Assembly (NCBI GenBank): GCA_013286205.1
Contig: JABDGD010000009.1
Coordinates: forward strand, 3,759 to 67,758
From: Candidatus Firestoneibacteriota bacterium
Lineage (GTDB): Bacteria > Oederibacteriota > Muellerivitia > Muellerivitales > Muellerivitaceae
DNA: 64,000 nt
Reading direction: 5' to 3'
Numbering within the stretch: the stretch's first letter is position 1; each line of letters starts with the position of its first letter. The notes beneath the pieces were generated by a model, which ran no database searches, had not been told where the DNA came from, and was given only the letters and a program-made list of their open reading frames with translations. This document shows positions 19,337 through 30,200 of this stretch, one piece after another. A program made the position numbers and the translations under genes.

Positions 19337-19468
19337 TCAGATGTAGCGAACCACAAATAGGATCAAAGCAATCACCAGCAGTACGTGAATCGCGCCGCCA
19401 GCGGTGGTGGAAGTCACCAACCCCAACAGCCACAAAACCAACAAAACCACAGCTATCGTAAGAATCAT
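19337..19468 (-). CDS. Lmo0937-family small membrane protein (43 aa)
   Basis: It is below the ORF-track size cutoff. The sequence is MILTIAVVLLVLWLLGLVTSTTAGGAIHVLLVIALILFVVRYI. There is a paralog at 58622..58774. Confidence 0.6.
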   Translation of the reverse strand: MILTIAVVLLVLWLLGLVTSTTAGGAIHVLLVIALILFVVRYI

Positions 19469-19534
19469 CTTCGCCCACCTTTCTTTCCGTTTTTGAGGCG
19501 CGAAAGGTTATTTCACACCTCATTCGGCCGCTTC

Positions 19535-20065
19535 TTATAAGTAGAAATGTCCGCCCAATTCGGGATACCAATTCAGAGTGGCGCCGCTGTTGTAAAACCA
19601 GAGAGTCGGCACAATTTGAAAGTAGATATCAATCGGCACATTCCGCTTGTTGAAGATGTAAGAAACGCCGATCGGCAGACGAGCGGCCACGGCCACTGTA
19701 CTTTGAAGCGATAAATCACCGCCAAAGCCGATATAAAACGGCAATTCTCCGTTGCCATCTCTCATATGAGCGATGTCAAAGTTGTGCCAGAGATAATCCA
19801 ATTGCAGGATCGCCGAACCGCCGTTGTTAAACTTCACCGCGGGCTGAAAAGCGTTCACCGAATCCACCCACAACTTGCCATCCACACCCCAAGCTCCCGG
19901 ATCGCCCAATTCCAAGCCTAAACCAAAATTGCCCCCGTCATAAGTGGGGTGATAATCCTCACCAGCGCGAACAGTCATCGGCGCCAAACTGAGTCCGGCC
20001 ATCACCAAAGCAACCGCTAAACCTTTTTTAAAGCTCGAAAACATAAATCCTCTTTTCGTGATCAT
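19535..20065 (-). CDS. Small outer-membrane beta-barrel-like protein
   Basis: 176 aa with a signal peptide ending MTVRAGED. It has Gly/aromatic-rich alternating strands and the C-terminus GGHFYL. An alternative ATG is at 20044. Confidence 0.5.
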   Translation of the reverse strand: MITKRGFMFSSFKKGLAVALVMAGLSLAPMTVRAGEDYHPTYDGGNFGLGLELGDPGAWGVDGKLWVDSVNAFQPAVKFNNGGSAILQLDYLWHNFDIAHMRDGNGELPFYIGFGGDLSLQSTVAVAARLPIGVSYIFNKRNVPIDIYFQIVPTLWFYNSGATLNWYPELGGHFYL

Positions 20066-20079
20066 CTGGTTAATAACAG

Positions 20080-20457
20080 CTATTGAGACACAACCGCCGC
20101 GACCGCCGCGGCTACCGTCGGAACCTTCGCTTCAGTTCCTTCTGTGGCAAACCCCGCATCCGCCCAATCCTTTATTCCGCCCGGGTAGTAATTGGCTTTA
20201 AAACCCTTTTCCATCAGGCCCTGCGCCGCGTTAAGACCCGCGTTGCAGGTAAATCCGGCGCAATAGGTAATAAAGAACTTTGTTCTTCCGTACTTTTTTC
20301 CAACCGCCTGAACGAAAGCACTCGTGCTGAGCCCCAACGGAAAGTTTTCTGAGCCGGCGATATGAAGCTTCGCGTAATCGTTGTCTGGCAAAACATTCAG
20401 CACCACAACGTTCGGACCCTTCATCTTTTCAACCACTTCTTCTCTGGTCATCGGCAT
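20080..20457 (-). CDS. Rhodanese-domain sulfurtransferase-like protein
   Basis: The active-site loop is ITYCAGFTCNAG. The listed GTG 20490 lies at the predicted sigma-54 start site, so ATG 20457 (MPMTREEVV, RBS AAGAGG) is used. Confidence 0.65.
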   Translation of the reverse strand: MPMTREEVVEKMKGPNVVVLNVLPDNDYAKLHIAGSENFPLGLSTSAFVQAVGKKYGRTKFFITYCAGFTCNAGLNAAQGLMEKGFKANYYPGGIKDWADAGFATEGTEAKVPTVAAAVAAVVSQ

Positions 20458-20502
20458 GCTTCGCGCCTCTTTCACTTTCCCGTCTCTCACCCCACGAGTT
20501 AA

Positions 20503-20518
20503 AGCAAGGAACGTGCCG
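20503..20518 (-). promoter_or_regulatory. Sigma-54 (-24/-12) promoter
   Basis: The minus strand reads CGGCACGTTCCTTGCT. The GC doublet is 47 nt upstream of ATG 20457. Confidence 0.75.
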
Positions 20519-20521
20519 TAT

Positions 20522-20559
20522 AAAAACAGAGGGGGAAGACTCTTTCGAATCCTCCCCCT
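20522..20559 (-). terminator. Possible terminator for 20698..20973
   Basis: AGGGGGA (20530-36) pairs with TCCCCCT (20553-59), followed on the minus strand by T5. Its position between the dyad 20626..20655 and promoter 20503 is odd. Confidence 0.35.
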
Positions 20560-20625
20560 GTCTCAAAAAACATTTTTAAACTTTCAAATCATCGCTTTTC
20601 AAAATTTTTACAAGAGGCCCGGCAA

Positions 20626-20655
20626 CCAAAACGATAGGCGCTCTTCTCATTTCGA
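20626..20655. promoter_or_regulatory. Candidate EBP enhancer (UAS) dyad
   Basis: CCAAAACGA-N12-TCATTTCGA, with 9-mer starts 21 bp apart. It lies about 108 bp upstream of the -24 box of promoter 20503..20518. Confidence 0.5.
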
Positions 20656-20697
20656 TGGGGCGTCATCATGAATAGTGTCCCCGAACGACTCCCATCC

Positions 20698-20973
20698 TTA
20701 TCCGTTGCGTCTCGCGGGTTTTACAACCCGGATGATCGACAATAGAACGACCGCTCCCAGCACCGCCACTCCCAACACACCCCAAAAACCATAAACCGCG
20801 AAACCAAAGGTATTGGCCAAGAAACCGCCCACAAAAGCCCCCAGGATGCCGATGATGATATCCGCGATAACTCCCAATCCACCGCCCGTAACCAGCACGC
20901 TGGCCAGCCAACCCGCTAAGCCGCCCACTATGAGAAACCAAATTAAATCGTGCATCTGTGTCGCGTCAGTCAT
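20698..20973 (-). CDS. GlsB/YeaQ/YmgE-family stress membrane protein
   Basis: 91 aa, 3 TM, Gly-rich, with the blocks IWFLIVGGLAGWLASVLV and IIGILGAFVGGFLAN. Confidence 0.8.
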   Translation of the reverse strand: MTDATQMHDLIWFLIVGGLAGWLASVLVTGGGLGVIADIIIGILGAFVGGFLANTFGFAVYGFWGVLGVAVLGAVVLLSIIRVVKPARRNG

Positions 20974-21027
20974 AACTACCTCCTGGATTTTTTCAGCTTG
21001 CCTGTCATCACCTTCGTCCCGACATAA

Positions 21028-21043
21028 AGCAACTTCCGTACCG
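21028..21043 (-). promoter_or_regulatory. Sigma-54 (-24/-12) promoter
   Basis: The minus strand reads CGGTACGGAAGTTGCT, 56 nt upstream of ATG 20973. Confidence 0.65.
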
Positions 21044-21105
21044 CGGTTAACCCCTCTCTTAATACCGTTATCTGGCTTCTTTTACTGGAAACAGAGCTTC
21101 GACTC

Positions 21106-21135
21106 TCAATTTGATATGCCCAAATTTCATTTTGA
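21106..21135. promoter_or_regulatory. Candidate EBP enhancer (UAS) dyad shared by divergent promoters
   Basis: TCAATTTGA-N12-TCATTTTGA, with starts 21 bp apart. It lies between promoters 21028..21043 (-) and 21191..21206 (+). Confidence 0.65.
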
Positions 21136-21190
21136 TTGTTCCATTAGCCTTTCAAACTCTGTAAACAGCACGTTTAGCCTTGAAAAGCAG

Positions 21191-21206
21191 TGGCTTGCTT
21201 CTTGCT
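21191..21206 (+). promoter_or_regulatory. Sigma-54 (-24/-12) promoter
   Basis: TGGCTTGCTTCTTGCT, 41 nt upstream of ATG 21246. Confidence 0.65.
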
Positions 21207-21245
21207 CTATCTAAGTTAACGATCAAAAAATAAAAGGAATTCCAA

Positions 21246-21824
21246 ATGAAAAAAACACTCGCTTTTCTGTTCATGCTGTCCCTCGCCGTCAGTTCATCGG
21301 CGCGCGCTCAATCCTCACCTGACTACTACAACCGCTGGTTCATCCAGGTGAACGGCGACATGGGTCTGCCTACCGGTCATTTAGCCAACGCAGTTAACAC
21401 AGGCTGGGGCGGCGAAGGCTCCATCGGTGTTCAGGTGGATCGAAATTTGGATGTGTCGGTGGAAAGCGGTTACGACACTTACGCCGCGAAGAACACTACT
21501 TTTAACGCTACCTGGAACATGGTTCCCTTGATTCTAAAGGCGCAGGTCTATGGCGGTAATGGCCGCACAAGGCCTTATGTCCTTTTCGGCGCGGGCGCGG
21601 CCTTCAACTCGCAAACCGCCTCTTTCGGAAACCTCACCGCCAGCAACAGCGAAGTGGATTTTTTGGGCGAAGCAGGCGTGGGCTTATCCATCGGTTTATC
21701 GGACCAGTCCAGTTTCTTTGCTCAGGTCAAAGTAGAAATGGATAACACTTCAACCAATTACGCCGCTGATATGCCGACAGTTTTAGTGCCGATTAACGCC
21801 GGATTTAAATTCGCGTTGAATTAA
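21246..21824 (+). CDS. Small outer-membrane beta-barrel protein (paralog 1 of 3)
   Basis: 192 aa with signal peptide AVSSSARAQS. The blocks GWGGEGSIG, TWNMVPLILKAQVY, SEVDFLGEAGVGLS and DNTSTNYAADMPTVLVPINAGFKFALN are shared with 22614 and 23236. Confidence 0.65.
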   Translation: MKKTLAFLFMLSLAVSSSARAQSSPDYYNRWFIQVNGDMGLPTGHLANAVNTGWGGEGSIGVQVDRNLDVSVESGYDTYAAKNTTFNATWNMVPLILKAQVYGGNGRTRPYVLFGAGAAFNSQTASFGNLTASNSEVDFLGEAGVGLSIGLSDQSSFFAQVKVEMDNTSTNYAADMPTVLVPINAGFKFALN

Positions 21825-21837
21825 TAAGGAACTCTAA

Positions 21838-22170
21838 ATGAAAAAATCCTCTCCATCTCAAAAATCAGACCCACTCACCACTAAGCTGTGGCAGGGCCTG
21901 CTCGGCCTGCTGGGCGGGGTCAAGCCGTTCGTTCACCACTTGGAAGCGGGACTAGAAAAGCATCTTCGTCACTACGCTAAGGTAGTCGAAAAACGAATTC
22001 TTGCTTTTATTTTCCGGGGAACCACCCTGTTCCTCTCAGTTTCATTTATCACTTTTGGTTTTCTGTTTATTTTGATGGACTACGCCAGCCTCTCCAGGGC
22101 CGTAGCCTGTCTTTGCTGCGGATTGTTCGCCCTGGCCGCTTTTGCTATCTCAGTTCAGCTCACTAAATAA
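21838..22170 (+). CDS. Two-TM membrane protein, possibly YqjE/holin-X-like
   Basis: 110 aa with TM helices FRGTTLFLSVSFITFGFLFILM and AVACLCCGLFALAAFAISV. Its position next to an ElaB/YqjD-like gene recalls yqjD-yqjE; the assignment is tentative. Confidence 0.4.
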   Translation: MKKSSPSQKSDPLTTKLWQGLLGLLGGVKPFVHHLEAGLEKHLRHYAKVVEKRILAFIFRGTTLFLSVSFITFGFLFILMDYASLSRAVACLCCGLFALAAFAISVQLTK

Positions 22171-22182
22171 AAGGAGTCTCAA

Positions 22183-22593
22183 ATGAAAGCCACAAAAAGC
22201 ATCAAAAAGATGGGTCAATCCGCCGGAGAAACGGGGATAAAAATCAAAAACGAAATCCAAAAACATTTGAAGCATGGAAAAATTAAACTGAATTGGCTGG
22301 AAGCTCAAATGAACAGCGACAAAAACCGCGCCAAGATTGAGGAAAAAGTGAAAAACGCTAAAGAACAAATTAACCACCTCAAAGAAACCTTCGAGCACTT
22401 CGAGGAAAAAGCCGTTCATTACACCCAAAAGAACCCCAAAAAAGCCTTAGCGATCGCCACTACGGCCGGTATTTTAGCCGCCTCGCTTTGGCACACCTTT
22501 AAAACCAGCAAAAAAACACCTGTCGCCAAAGCCCGCAAAGTTAAAGCGCCGGTAAAAAGCAAAAAGGTTTTAGCTGTTGCCAAATCTAAATAA
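22183..22593 (+). CDS. ElaB/YqjD/YgaM (DUF883)-like membrane-anchored stress protein
   Basis: 136 aa. A coiled-coil N-part is followed by the YTQKNPKKALAIATTAGILAASLW anchor pattern and a Lys-rich tail. Confidence 0.5.
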   Translation: MKATKSIKKMGQSAGETGIKIKNEIQKHLKHGKIKLNWLEAQMNSDKNRAKIEEKVKNAKEQINHLKETFEHFEEKAVHYTQKNPKKALAIATTAGILAASLWHTFKTSKKTPVAKARKVKAPVKSKKVLAVAKSK

Positions 22594-22613
22594 CCACATT
22601 TCAAAGGGCGAAA

Positions 22614-23213
22614 ATGAAAAACATTCTGATGGTGCTGTTACTCGCTTCACTGGGCTTGGCATCTACCGCTTACGCCGATACTGAAATATCGGCCACTAGT
22701 ACGGCCACACCCACTATCGGCACCATCGTTTTTCAAATCGACGGAGAAACCAGTTTTCCCCAGGGACAGCTTGGCAACACCGCGCTTCAAGGCTGGGGCC
22801 CCGAAATATCCGGCGGCTACCGTTTCCCTCAAAACATTACCTTGTCTCTCGAAACAGGTTATGTGGGTTTGGGCTTCAAGGGAAATCAGTTCAATACCAC
22901 CTGGGATATGCTGCCGATTCTCTTGAAAGGACAATACAATTTCAGCAGCGGATATATTCAGCCCTACGTTTTTCTAGGGGCAGGTCTCGCTCTGAACTTT
23001 CAATCGTCTACTTTCGCGGGTACCGCTTACACAGCCAGCGAGGTCGACTTTTTGGAAGAGGCTGGTTTAGGCATTTCCTTCTCCCTCATTGAGCAAATCT
23101 ATCTTTTTATTCAAACCAAAATTGAAATCGATAACACTTCCAGTCATTACGCACCTGATCAACCCACCGTGTTAATTCCGGTCGACGTCGGTTTGGTTAT
23201 GTCAGTTAATTAA
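22614..23213 (+). CDS. Small outer-membrane beta-barrel protein (paralog 2 of 3)
   Basis: 199 aa with a signal peptide ending STAYADTE. It has the blocks TWDMLPILLKGQY, SEVDFLEEAGLGIS and DNTSSHYAPDQPTVLIPVDVGLVMSVN. Confidence 0.65.
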   Translation: MKNILMVLLLASLGLASTAYADTEISATSTATPTIGTIVFQIDGETSFPQGQLGNTALQGWGPEISGGYRFPQNITLSLETGYVGLGFKGNQFNTTWDMLPILLKGQYNFSSGYIQPYVFLGAGLALNFQSSTFAGTAYTASEVDFLEEAGLGISFSLIEQIYLFIQTKIEIDNTSSHYAPDQPTVLIPVDVGLVMSVN

Positions 23214-23235
23214 TTTGCGGCCGAAGGAACGCATT

Positions 23236-23868
23236 ATGAAAGTCTTTTTAATCGCATTTACCTTATTAACTTTCGGCTGGACTTCCCTCTCGCGGGCCGG
23301 CACGCCCCCAAGCCAGAACACCAGTAATTGGGTTGATCCTAACGACAGCGATAACACGGATCCACCCGAAACAGGCTCCTGGTTTATGCAGCTGAACGGC
23401 GATTTAGATTCTCCCACGGGTAATCTGGCCAACTCAGTCAATCAAGGCTGGGGCGGCGAGGCTTCGATCGGTTATCACCTTCCGGAGAATTTTGAGGCAT
23501 CCCTCGAATTAGGTTACGACTCTTACTCCGTCAAAAACTCAACTCAGAACGCCTCCTGGAACGTCATGCCCCTGGTGATCAAGATCACCTATTTAATCGG
23601 CGATGAGTTTATCCAACCCTATGCCTTTATCGCGGGAGGGCTTGCTTTCAACTCAAAATTAGCCAATTCTGAATCTTTCGGCAGCAGTAACAACGAGGCC
23701 GATCTTCTAGGCGAGGCGGGCCTGGGCTTAGCTTTCAACATGACTGAGTCTTCCAGCCTATTCCTTCAATTAAAAATGGAGTTGGATAACACCTCGTCTA
23801 ACTACGCCAACGATCAACCTACGGTCTTAATACCTCTTAATGCTGGTTTTAAATTCTCACTGGACTAA
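23236..23868 (+). CDS. Small outer-membrane beta-barrel protein (paralog 3 of 3)
   Basis: ATG 23236 (MKVFLIAFTLLTFGWTSLSRA, RBS GAAGGAA) is used; the listed TTG 23215 overlaps the previous stop. It has the blocks GWGGEASIG, SWNVMPLVIKITY and DNTSSNYANDQPTVLIPLNAGFKFSLD. Confidence 0.65.
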   Translation: MKVFLIAFTLLTFGWTSLSRAGTPPSQNTSNWVDPNDSDNTDPPETGSWFMQLNGDLDSPTGNLANSVNQGWGGEASIGYHLPENFEASLELGYDSYSVKNSTQNASWNVMPLVIKITYLIGDEFIQPYAFIAGGLAFNSKLANSESFGSSNNEADLLGEAGLGLAFNMTESSSLFLQLKMELDNTSSNYANDQPTVLIPLNAGFKFSLD

Positions 23869-23880
23869 AAGGAATTTCTC

Positions 23881-24087
23881 ATGAAATCACTAGAGATAAA
23901 TCAACGGGTAGGAAATCTAAAAACCGACAAAGTCGGGAGAATCGCCTCCAGTCTTTTTCGATCAGGCAGTGACTTTAACGGCTACGTCATCCTCACCGAT
24001 CATTACGGCTATGAGGTTTGGACCTACGATGTACTTGTGACGTTTCCGCCCGATTTCCTGGAATCCGCTTCTTCACCAACCGTTTAA
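23881..24087 (+). CDS. Hypothetical small protein
   Basis: 68 aa with RBS-like AAGGA upstream. No motif was recognised. Confidence 0.4.
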   Translation: MKSLEINQRVGNLKTDKVGRIASSLFRSGSDFNGYVILTDHYGYEVWTYDVLVTFPPDFLESASSPTV

Positions 24088-24208
24088 AAGGAGCCTGGAA
24101 GACTTTTTCTTGTATGATGAATTTGAGGTCACTCGGATCAAGGTTTCTAACACCTTCGCAGCTTCCGGATCATTTCAAATTCAATTCTAAGATCACGGAA
24201 CCGCCGCA

Positions 24209-27200
24209 ATGATTCAAACTCTATCAGACCTCATTTTCCGCCTTAATTCCCACATTACCGCCCTCACCACGCGGCCAATCGAAGATCCGATCCGTTCTGA
24301 ACTTTTTAGCAGCGAGCGCTTTGACCAGCACGCCCGTTCCCTGGCGGTAGCCCAGACTATTACTGACGATCCCAAGTCCGGCACATTTCTCACTCCCCGT
24401 CTGCGTGAAAACGAGAAAATTCTCCAGGCCTCCTTCCGCTACCTCACCCGGGAGGTTCAAAACAACAAAACCATCAATCCCGCCGGTGAATGGCTGATCG
24501 ATTCCTTTTATGTGGTTGAGGAGCAGTTAAGGGACATCAAACGTTACCTGCCCAACACCTTCTATAACGAGCTGCCCAAATTGGCCGATGGCTTTCTCAA
24601 AGGTTATCCCCGGGTTTATGGCGTGGCCTGGGCCTATGTGGCCCATACAGACAGCCGTTTTGACGCCGAATCGTTGTCAAACTTCGTCCGGTCCTATCAA
24701 CAAGTCCAACCCCTCACTATAGGAGAGCTCTGGGCACTGGCTGTCACCTTGCGGATTGTCATGATCGACAATCTGCGCCGCATCGGGGGGTATCTCGTTA
24801 CCTCTCAAGAGGCCCGTAAGGACGCGGATGCCTTCGCGGATGAGCTTTTGGGCTTGGTGGAGGAACCCTCCAAAAACACCCAACCCACGGCCGCGAAACT
24901 CAAAAAGAAATCAGTCCACCCCGCCTTTTTGGTCCAACTCATCCAGCGTTTACGCTATCAGGACCCCAAAGGCATTCCAGCGGTCAATTGGCTCAATGAA
25001 CGCCTGGCGGAGAAAAAAACCACCGCGGATGACATCGTCACTTCCGTCCACAATCGGCAATCCGCCAATAACCAGACGGTTCGGAACATCATTACCAGTT
25101 TTAGAACCATGTCCTCCTTTGACTGGCAGACTTTTTTCGAGCTGGTCAGCCCCGTTCACAAAATTCTCTGCAGCCACCCCAATTTCATGCTGATGGATTT
25201 TATGACCCGAAACAACTACCGTTCCGCGGTAGAAGAACTGGCCAAAGGCTCTAAAAAAAACGAATTGGAAATTGCCCACCTAGTCATTGAAAAGGCCATG
25301 AGCGCCGACGCCCGTTCCGAAAGGCTTCGGGACCCCGGTTATTATCTTTTAGGCGAGGGCCGCCCTGCTTTTGAAAAATCACTCGGTTTTAAAGTCCTCG
25401 TCAAAAACCGAGTTGTCCGCTTTTATACCGACCATCCAGCCACTGTCTATATCGGCCACGTGGCCCTTCTAACCGCACTCATTCTTACCGTAGCTGAACT
25501 TCTTAATCCCGGGCTTTCCAGACCCCTGATATTCACACTGTTAATTTTAGGCGTCTTTCCCGCCAGTGATCTGGCCGTTTCCAGAGTGAACCGCTTTATC
25601 ACCAAACTCATACCGCCCCGCCATTTGTCCCGCTTCGAGTTTTTAGACGGCCCTCCCGCGGGATTCCGAACCTTCGTCGTCGTCCCTACTCTGTTGGGGT
25701 CCGAAAGCGATATTCCCGACCAGGTTGAAAAACTGGAAGTACATTTCCTTTCCAATCCAGAAGGAGAAGTGCACTTCGCCCTTTTGACGGATTTTATTGA
25801 TTCCAGCACAGAACTCTCTCCTGACGATTTGCAAAAACTCACACTGGCTGAACTGCTCATCGAATCAATCAATTTAAAACACGGTCCCGCGCCTGACGGC
25901 AGCCCGCGTTTTTTTATCTTTCACCGAAAAAGACTTTGGAACCCGGTGGAAGGTAAATGGATGGGATGGGAGCGAAAAAGAGGTAAACTCCACGAATTTA
26001 ATCTGCTTTTGCGCGGGTCCGAACCGACAACTTATTTCACCCCCAAGGGCCAGCCCATTACGGTTCCACCGGGCGTCCGCTATGTGATTACGCTGGATTC
26101 GGATACTAAACTTCCCCCCGGCGTCGTCAGTCAATTAGTCGGTATCCTTGCTCATCCACTCCACCGCGCCCATCTGGATCCGGCATCGAATAAAGTGGTT
26201 GATGGTTATGGCATTCTTCAACCGCGCGTTACCGCCTTTTTGCCCAGCGTCAACGAAAAGTCCATTTTTCAAAAACTCTTTTCCGGCGAAGGCGGTATCG
26301 ATCCCTATGCCTCAGCCGTATCCGATGTTTACCAGGATTTATTCGGTGAAGGCAGTTTTACCGGCAAAGGCATTTATGATCTGGATGCCTACGAAACCTC
26401 GTTAAAAGGCCGTATCCCTGATAACAGCCTGTTGAGCCATGATCTTTTTGAAGGTTCTTTTGCCCGCTGCGGGTACGCCAGTGATCTGGAATTTTTCGAG
26501 GAGTTCCCTTCCCACGCCGAAATTTCCACCGTCCGCAATCACCGCTGGATTCGCGGCGACTGGCAGCTGCTCCCCTGGCTTTTTGGACGGGGTAAAGCCG
26601 ACCTCTCTATCCTTTCCCGCTGGAAGATGCTCGACAATTTACGCCGCAGCCTTTCACCCATCGCCGCCATCGGTATATTTCTTGTGGTTTTCGCCGTGCC
26701 CTCGGTCCGTGCTTTAGACTGGCTCACCCTCACGCTGTTCGCGCTGGCACTCCCTTCGTTGATCACCGTTGTCGAGGACCTGGCCTTTTGGCGCCAAAAT
26801 CTTCACTGGCGGGACCAGTTGGATGAGATTAAGAGAGACTTTTTTTTAGGTGTAGGCCAATTCGCTGTCAATCTGGTCCTTCTGGCCAATCACGCCTGGA
26901 TCCATCTGGACGCGGTCATCCGCACCCTTTGGCGCTTGTGGGTGAGTCACCGCAATCTTCTCGAATGGGTAACCGCCGCTCAGGCCAAAACCGCCGCCGC
27001 CCTGACCCACGCCAGTTTTTGGCGCCGCATGAAAGGCTCGGTGGCGATCGCGGCGATCTCACTGACCGCCGCGATTTTCTTCAACCCCCGGGCACTACCG
27101 GTTTGCCTGCCCTTTGCATTGTTATGGTTTAGCGCTCCCTGGATCGCCCGCTGGATCAGCCTGCCCGAATCCAGAGACAAAATCGAACCCCTCACCCCCG

Positions 27201-30200
27201 CCGACACTGAAGACTTCCGCCTTTACAGCCGCCGAATCTGGCGTTTTTTTAAAACCTTCGCCCAGTCCGAAGACAATTTTTTACCGCCTGACAATTTTCA
27301 GGAAGATCCTCAGCCCGCCGTGGCTCACCGCAGTTCGCCTACTAATTTCGGCCTTCATCTTTTATCCATCGTCACTGCCCGGGACTTTGGCTGGTGCGGT
27401 TTAGCTGACATGACCGGTTATGTAGAAAACACACTCCACAGCCTCCAAACCCTGCCCCGCTATCGCGGCCACTTTTACAATTGGTACGACACCAAAACTC
27501 TCAAACCTCTGGACCCTCAATATATTTCCTCGGTCGACAGCGGCAATTTGGCAGGCCATCTGCTCACACTGGCTCAATCCTGCCAGGATCTTGCCCACCA
27601 GCCGCTCTTTTCCACTGAGGTTTTGGCCGGTATCCAGGATTCCCTGACCCTGTTCAAAAAATCTGTCGCGGAGCTTTCCGATCACGGCCGCACCGCGGGT
27701 ACGCCTCTGAGTCAGCTTCAAAAAGAAGTGAAGCATCTGGAGGAAAAATTCAATGAAATTACCGGCGCCCCCTTCGGACAGGCCAGCGCCCATCTGGAAA
27801 GTTTAAAACTTCAAGCTGAAACCACGAAAGATACGGCCCACGCCTTCGCCTCCGATCAGCGCAGCGACGAGACCAGCGAAATGACCGCCTGGGCCGACAT
27901 GGTCGCCGAAGATATTGAAAGCCATACCAAAGACTTTAAACAGTTCTTTTCCTGGATTGACGCCTTCTCTGAAATCGGTCTTTTAACCGGAGACACCGAT
28001 AAAGAAAAAGAACTTCAACTTTCCATTCAGAGACTTCTCTCCAGTGAGCTAACTCTGGCCGAATCCCCTGTCCGTTACGCCAAAGCTATTGACCAGCTCG
28101 AATCTTTGCGCCAGTTGCGATCATCTCAGCAGGAAAGAACCGCCAACGAAATTATTTTCGACCAACTCATTGAAGCCCTCACCTTTTCCATGAAAAACAG
28201 CCTGGATATGCTCAAGCGGCTCAAGGCCATCGCCGCTACTAGCATCGATTTGTTTAACGAAATGGATTTTGGCTTTTTGCTCAATCCCAAGAAAAAACTT
28301 TTCTCTGTAGGCTACCGGGTTCCCGAAGGCCAATTGGATGAAAGCTGTTACGACCTTTTGGCTTCCGAGGCCCGTCTCACCAGCTATGTGGCAATCATTA
28401 AAGGGGACGTCCCCGTATCCCATTGGTTCCGCCTGGGCCGGGGTTTAGTAGCCGACGACGGTGACGCCATGTTGATTTCCTGGTCCGGCTCTATGTTCGA
28501 GTACTTAATGCCATCACTCATCATGAGCACTCCCGACGGGAGTCTGCTGGATCAAACCTGCCAAAGGGTTGTCGAACGCCAGATTCAATACGGCCATCTG
28601 CGTGGCGTTCCCTGGGGCATTTCTGAATCGGGCTATAACATCCGTGATCTCAATTTAGCCTATCAATATTCCAATTTCGGTGTTCCGGGACTGGGCATCA
28701 AGCGCGGACTAGCCAAAGACCTGGTTATCGCCCCCTACGCGACCGCCCTGGCCTCGATGATTGATCCCCCCAAAGCCCTGCAGAACTTAAAACGCCTCAA
28801 AAGTCTGGGCGCTACCGGCGCTTACGGTTTTTATGAGGCGCTGGATTACACCATCACCCGCGTGAGAGAACATGAAAAATTCGAGCTGGTCCGTTCTTAT
28901 ATGGCTCATCATCAGGGCATGTCGCTGTTATCTTTTTCCAATGTGGTTCATGACGGCCTGCTGCGCCGCCGTTTTCATATGGACCCCCTGGTTCAAGCGG
29001 GCGAACTGCTGCTGCAGGAAAGAACTCCCCGCAACCTTGGCGCCGTGCGCGAGCAAATGAAAGAAGTCGAAGTTCACAAAGCCCACGAACCCATGCTGAC
29101 GAACTTCCGAAAGATCCGCTCGCCTCACCATCCCATTCCCTCTTCGCATTTGCTTTCGAATGGGCGCTACGCCGTCATGATGACAGCCGCCGGGTCGGGT
29201 TATAGTTTGTGGAAAAACCGCGCGGTCACCCGCTGGCGGGAAGACGCCGCTAAAGATAACTACGGCAATTACCTATTCTTACGTGATATCAAAAACGGAA
29301 TGGTCTGGTCCGCCGCTTATCAACCCACGCTGGTGGAACCGCTGCAATACGAAACGTTCTTTTCAGAGGATCAAGTCAAGATCTCCCGCTTGGACTATTC
29401 CATCTTCACCGATATGGCCGTCATCGTTTCAGTGGAGGACGACGCTGAACTTCGCCGCATTACCCTCACGAACAACGGTTCCGAGGTAAGAGAAATAGAA
29501 ATTACGTCCTATGCCGAAGTCGTTCTGGCTCCGCCCGACACGGACATCGCCCACCCCGCTTTCTCAAATCTTTTTATTGAAACCGGTTTTTTGCCTAACC
29601 TGTCCGCCCTCACCGCTACCCGCCGTCCCCGCGCCTCCAGCGACGAAAGAGTTTTTATGGCACAGGTCATTTCTTCTGAAGGCGAAACCTTGGGCGAGGT
29701 GGAATATGAAACCGACCGGTCAAAATTTGTGGGCCGGGGCCGACACCTGCGCAAACCCATTTCGGTCATGGACGGCCGTTCGCTTTCCAATACAGTCGGT
29801 CCCGTGTTAGACCCCGTCATGAGTTTGCGGGTTAAGGTACGCCTGCAGCCCGGCGCCTCGGCCAAAGTCTGCTTTACCACCCTGGTCGCCAGTTCAGAGG
29901 CCGAAATGCTGGCCATGGCGGAAAAATACCATAACCCTTCCGCTTTCGAACGTTCTTCCAACCTGGTTTGGACCCAATCCAAAACCCGGCTCCATCATTT
30001 GGGTATCGATCTGGACGAGGCTGAAATTTTTCAAAAACTCGCCAACCGTATCATTTTTTCAGACCCCCTGATGCGCCCCACCAGCGAAGTGCTCAAAATG
30101 AACCGTATGAATGTCACGGGTCTTTGGTCCCGCGGCATTTCAGGCGACCTGCCCATTGTGCTGGCGCGTATTGACGACTTAGAGGATCAAAGTCTTATCC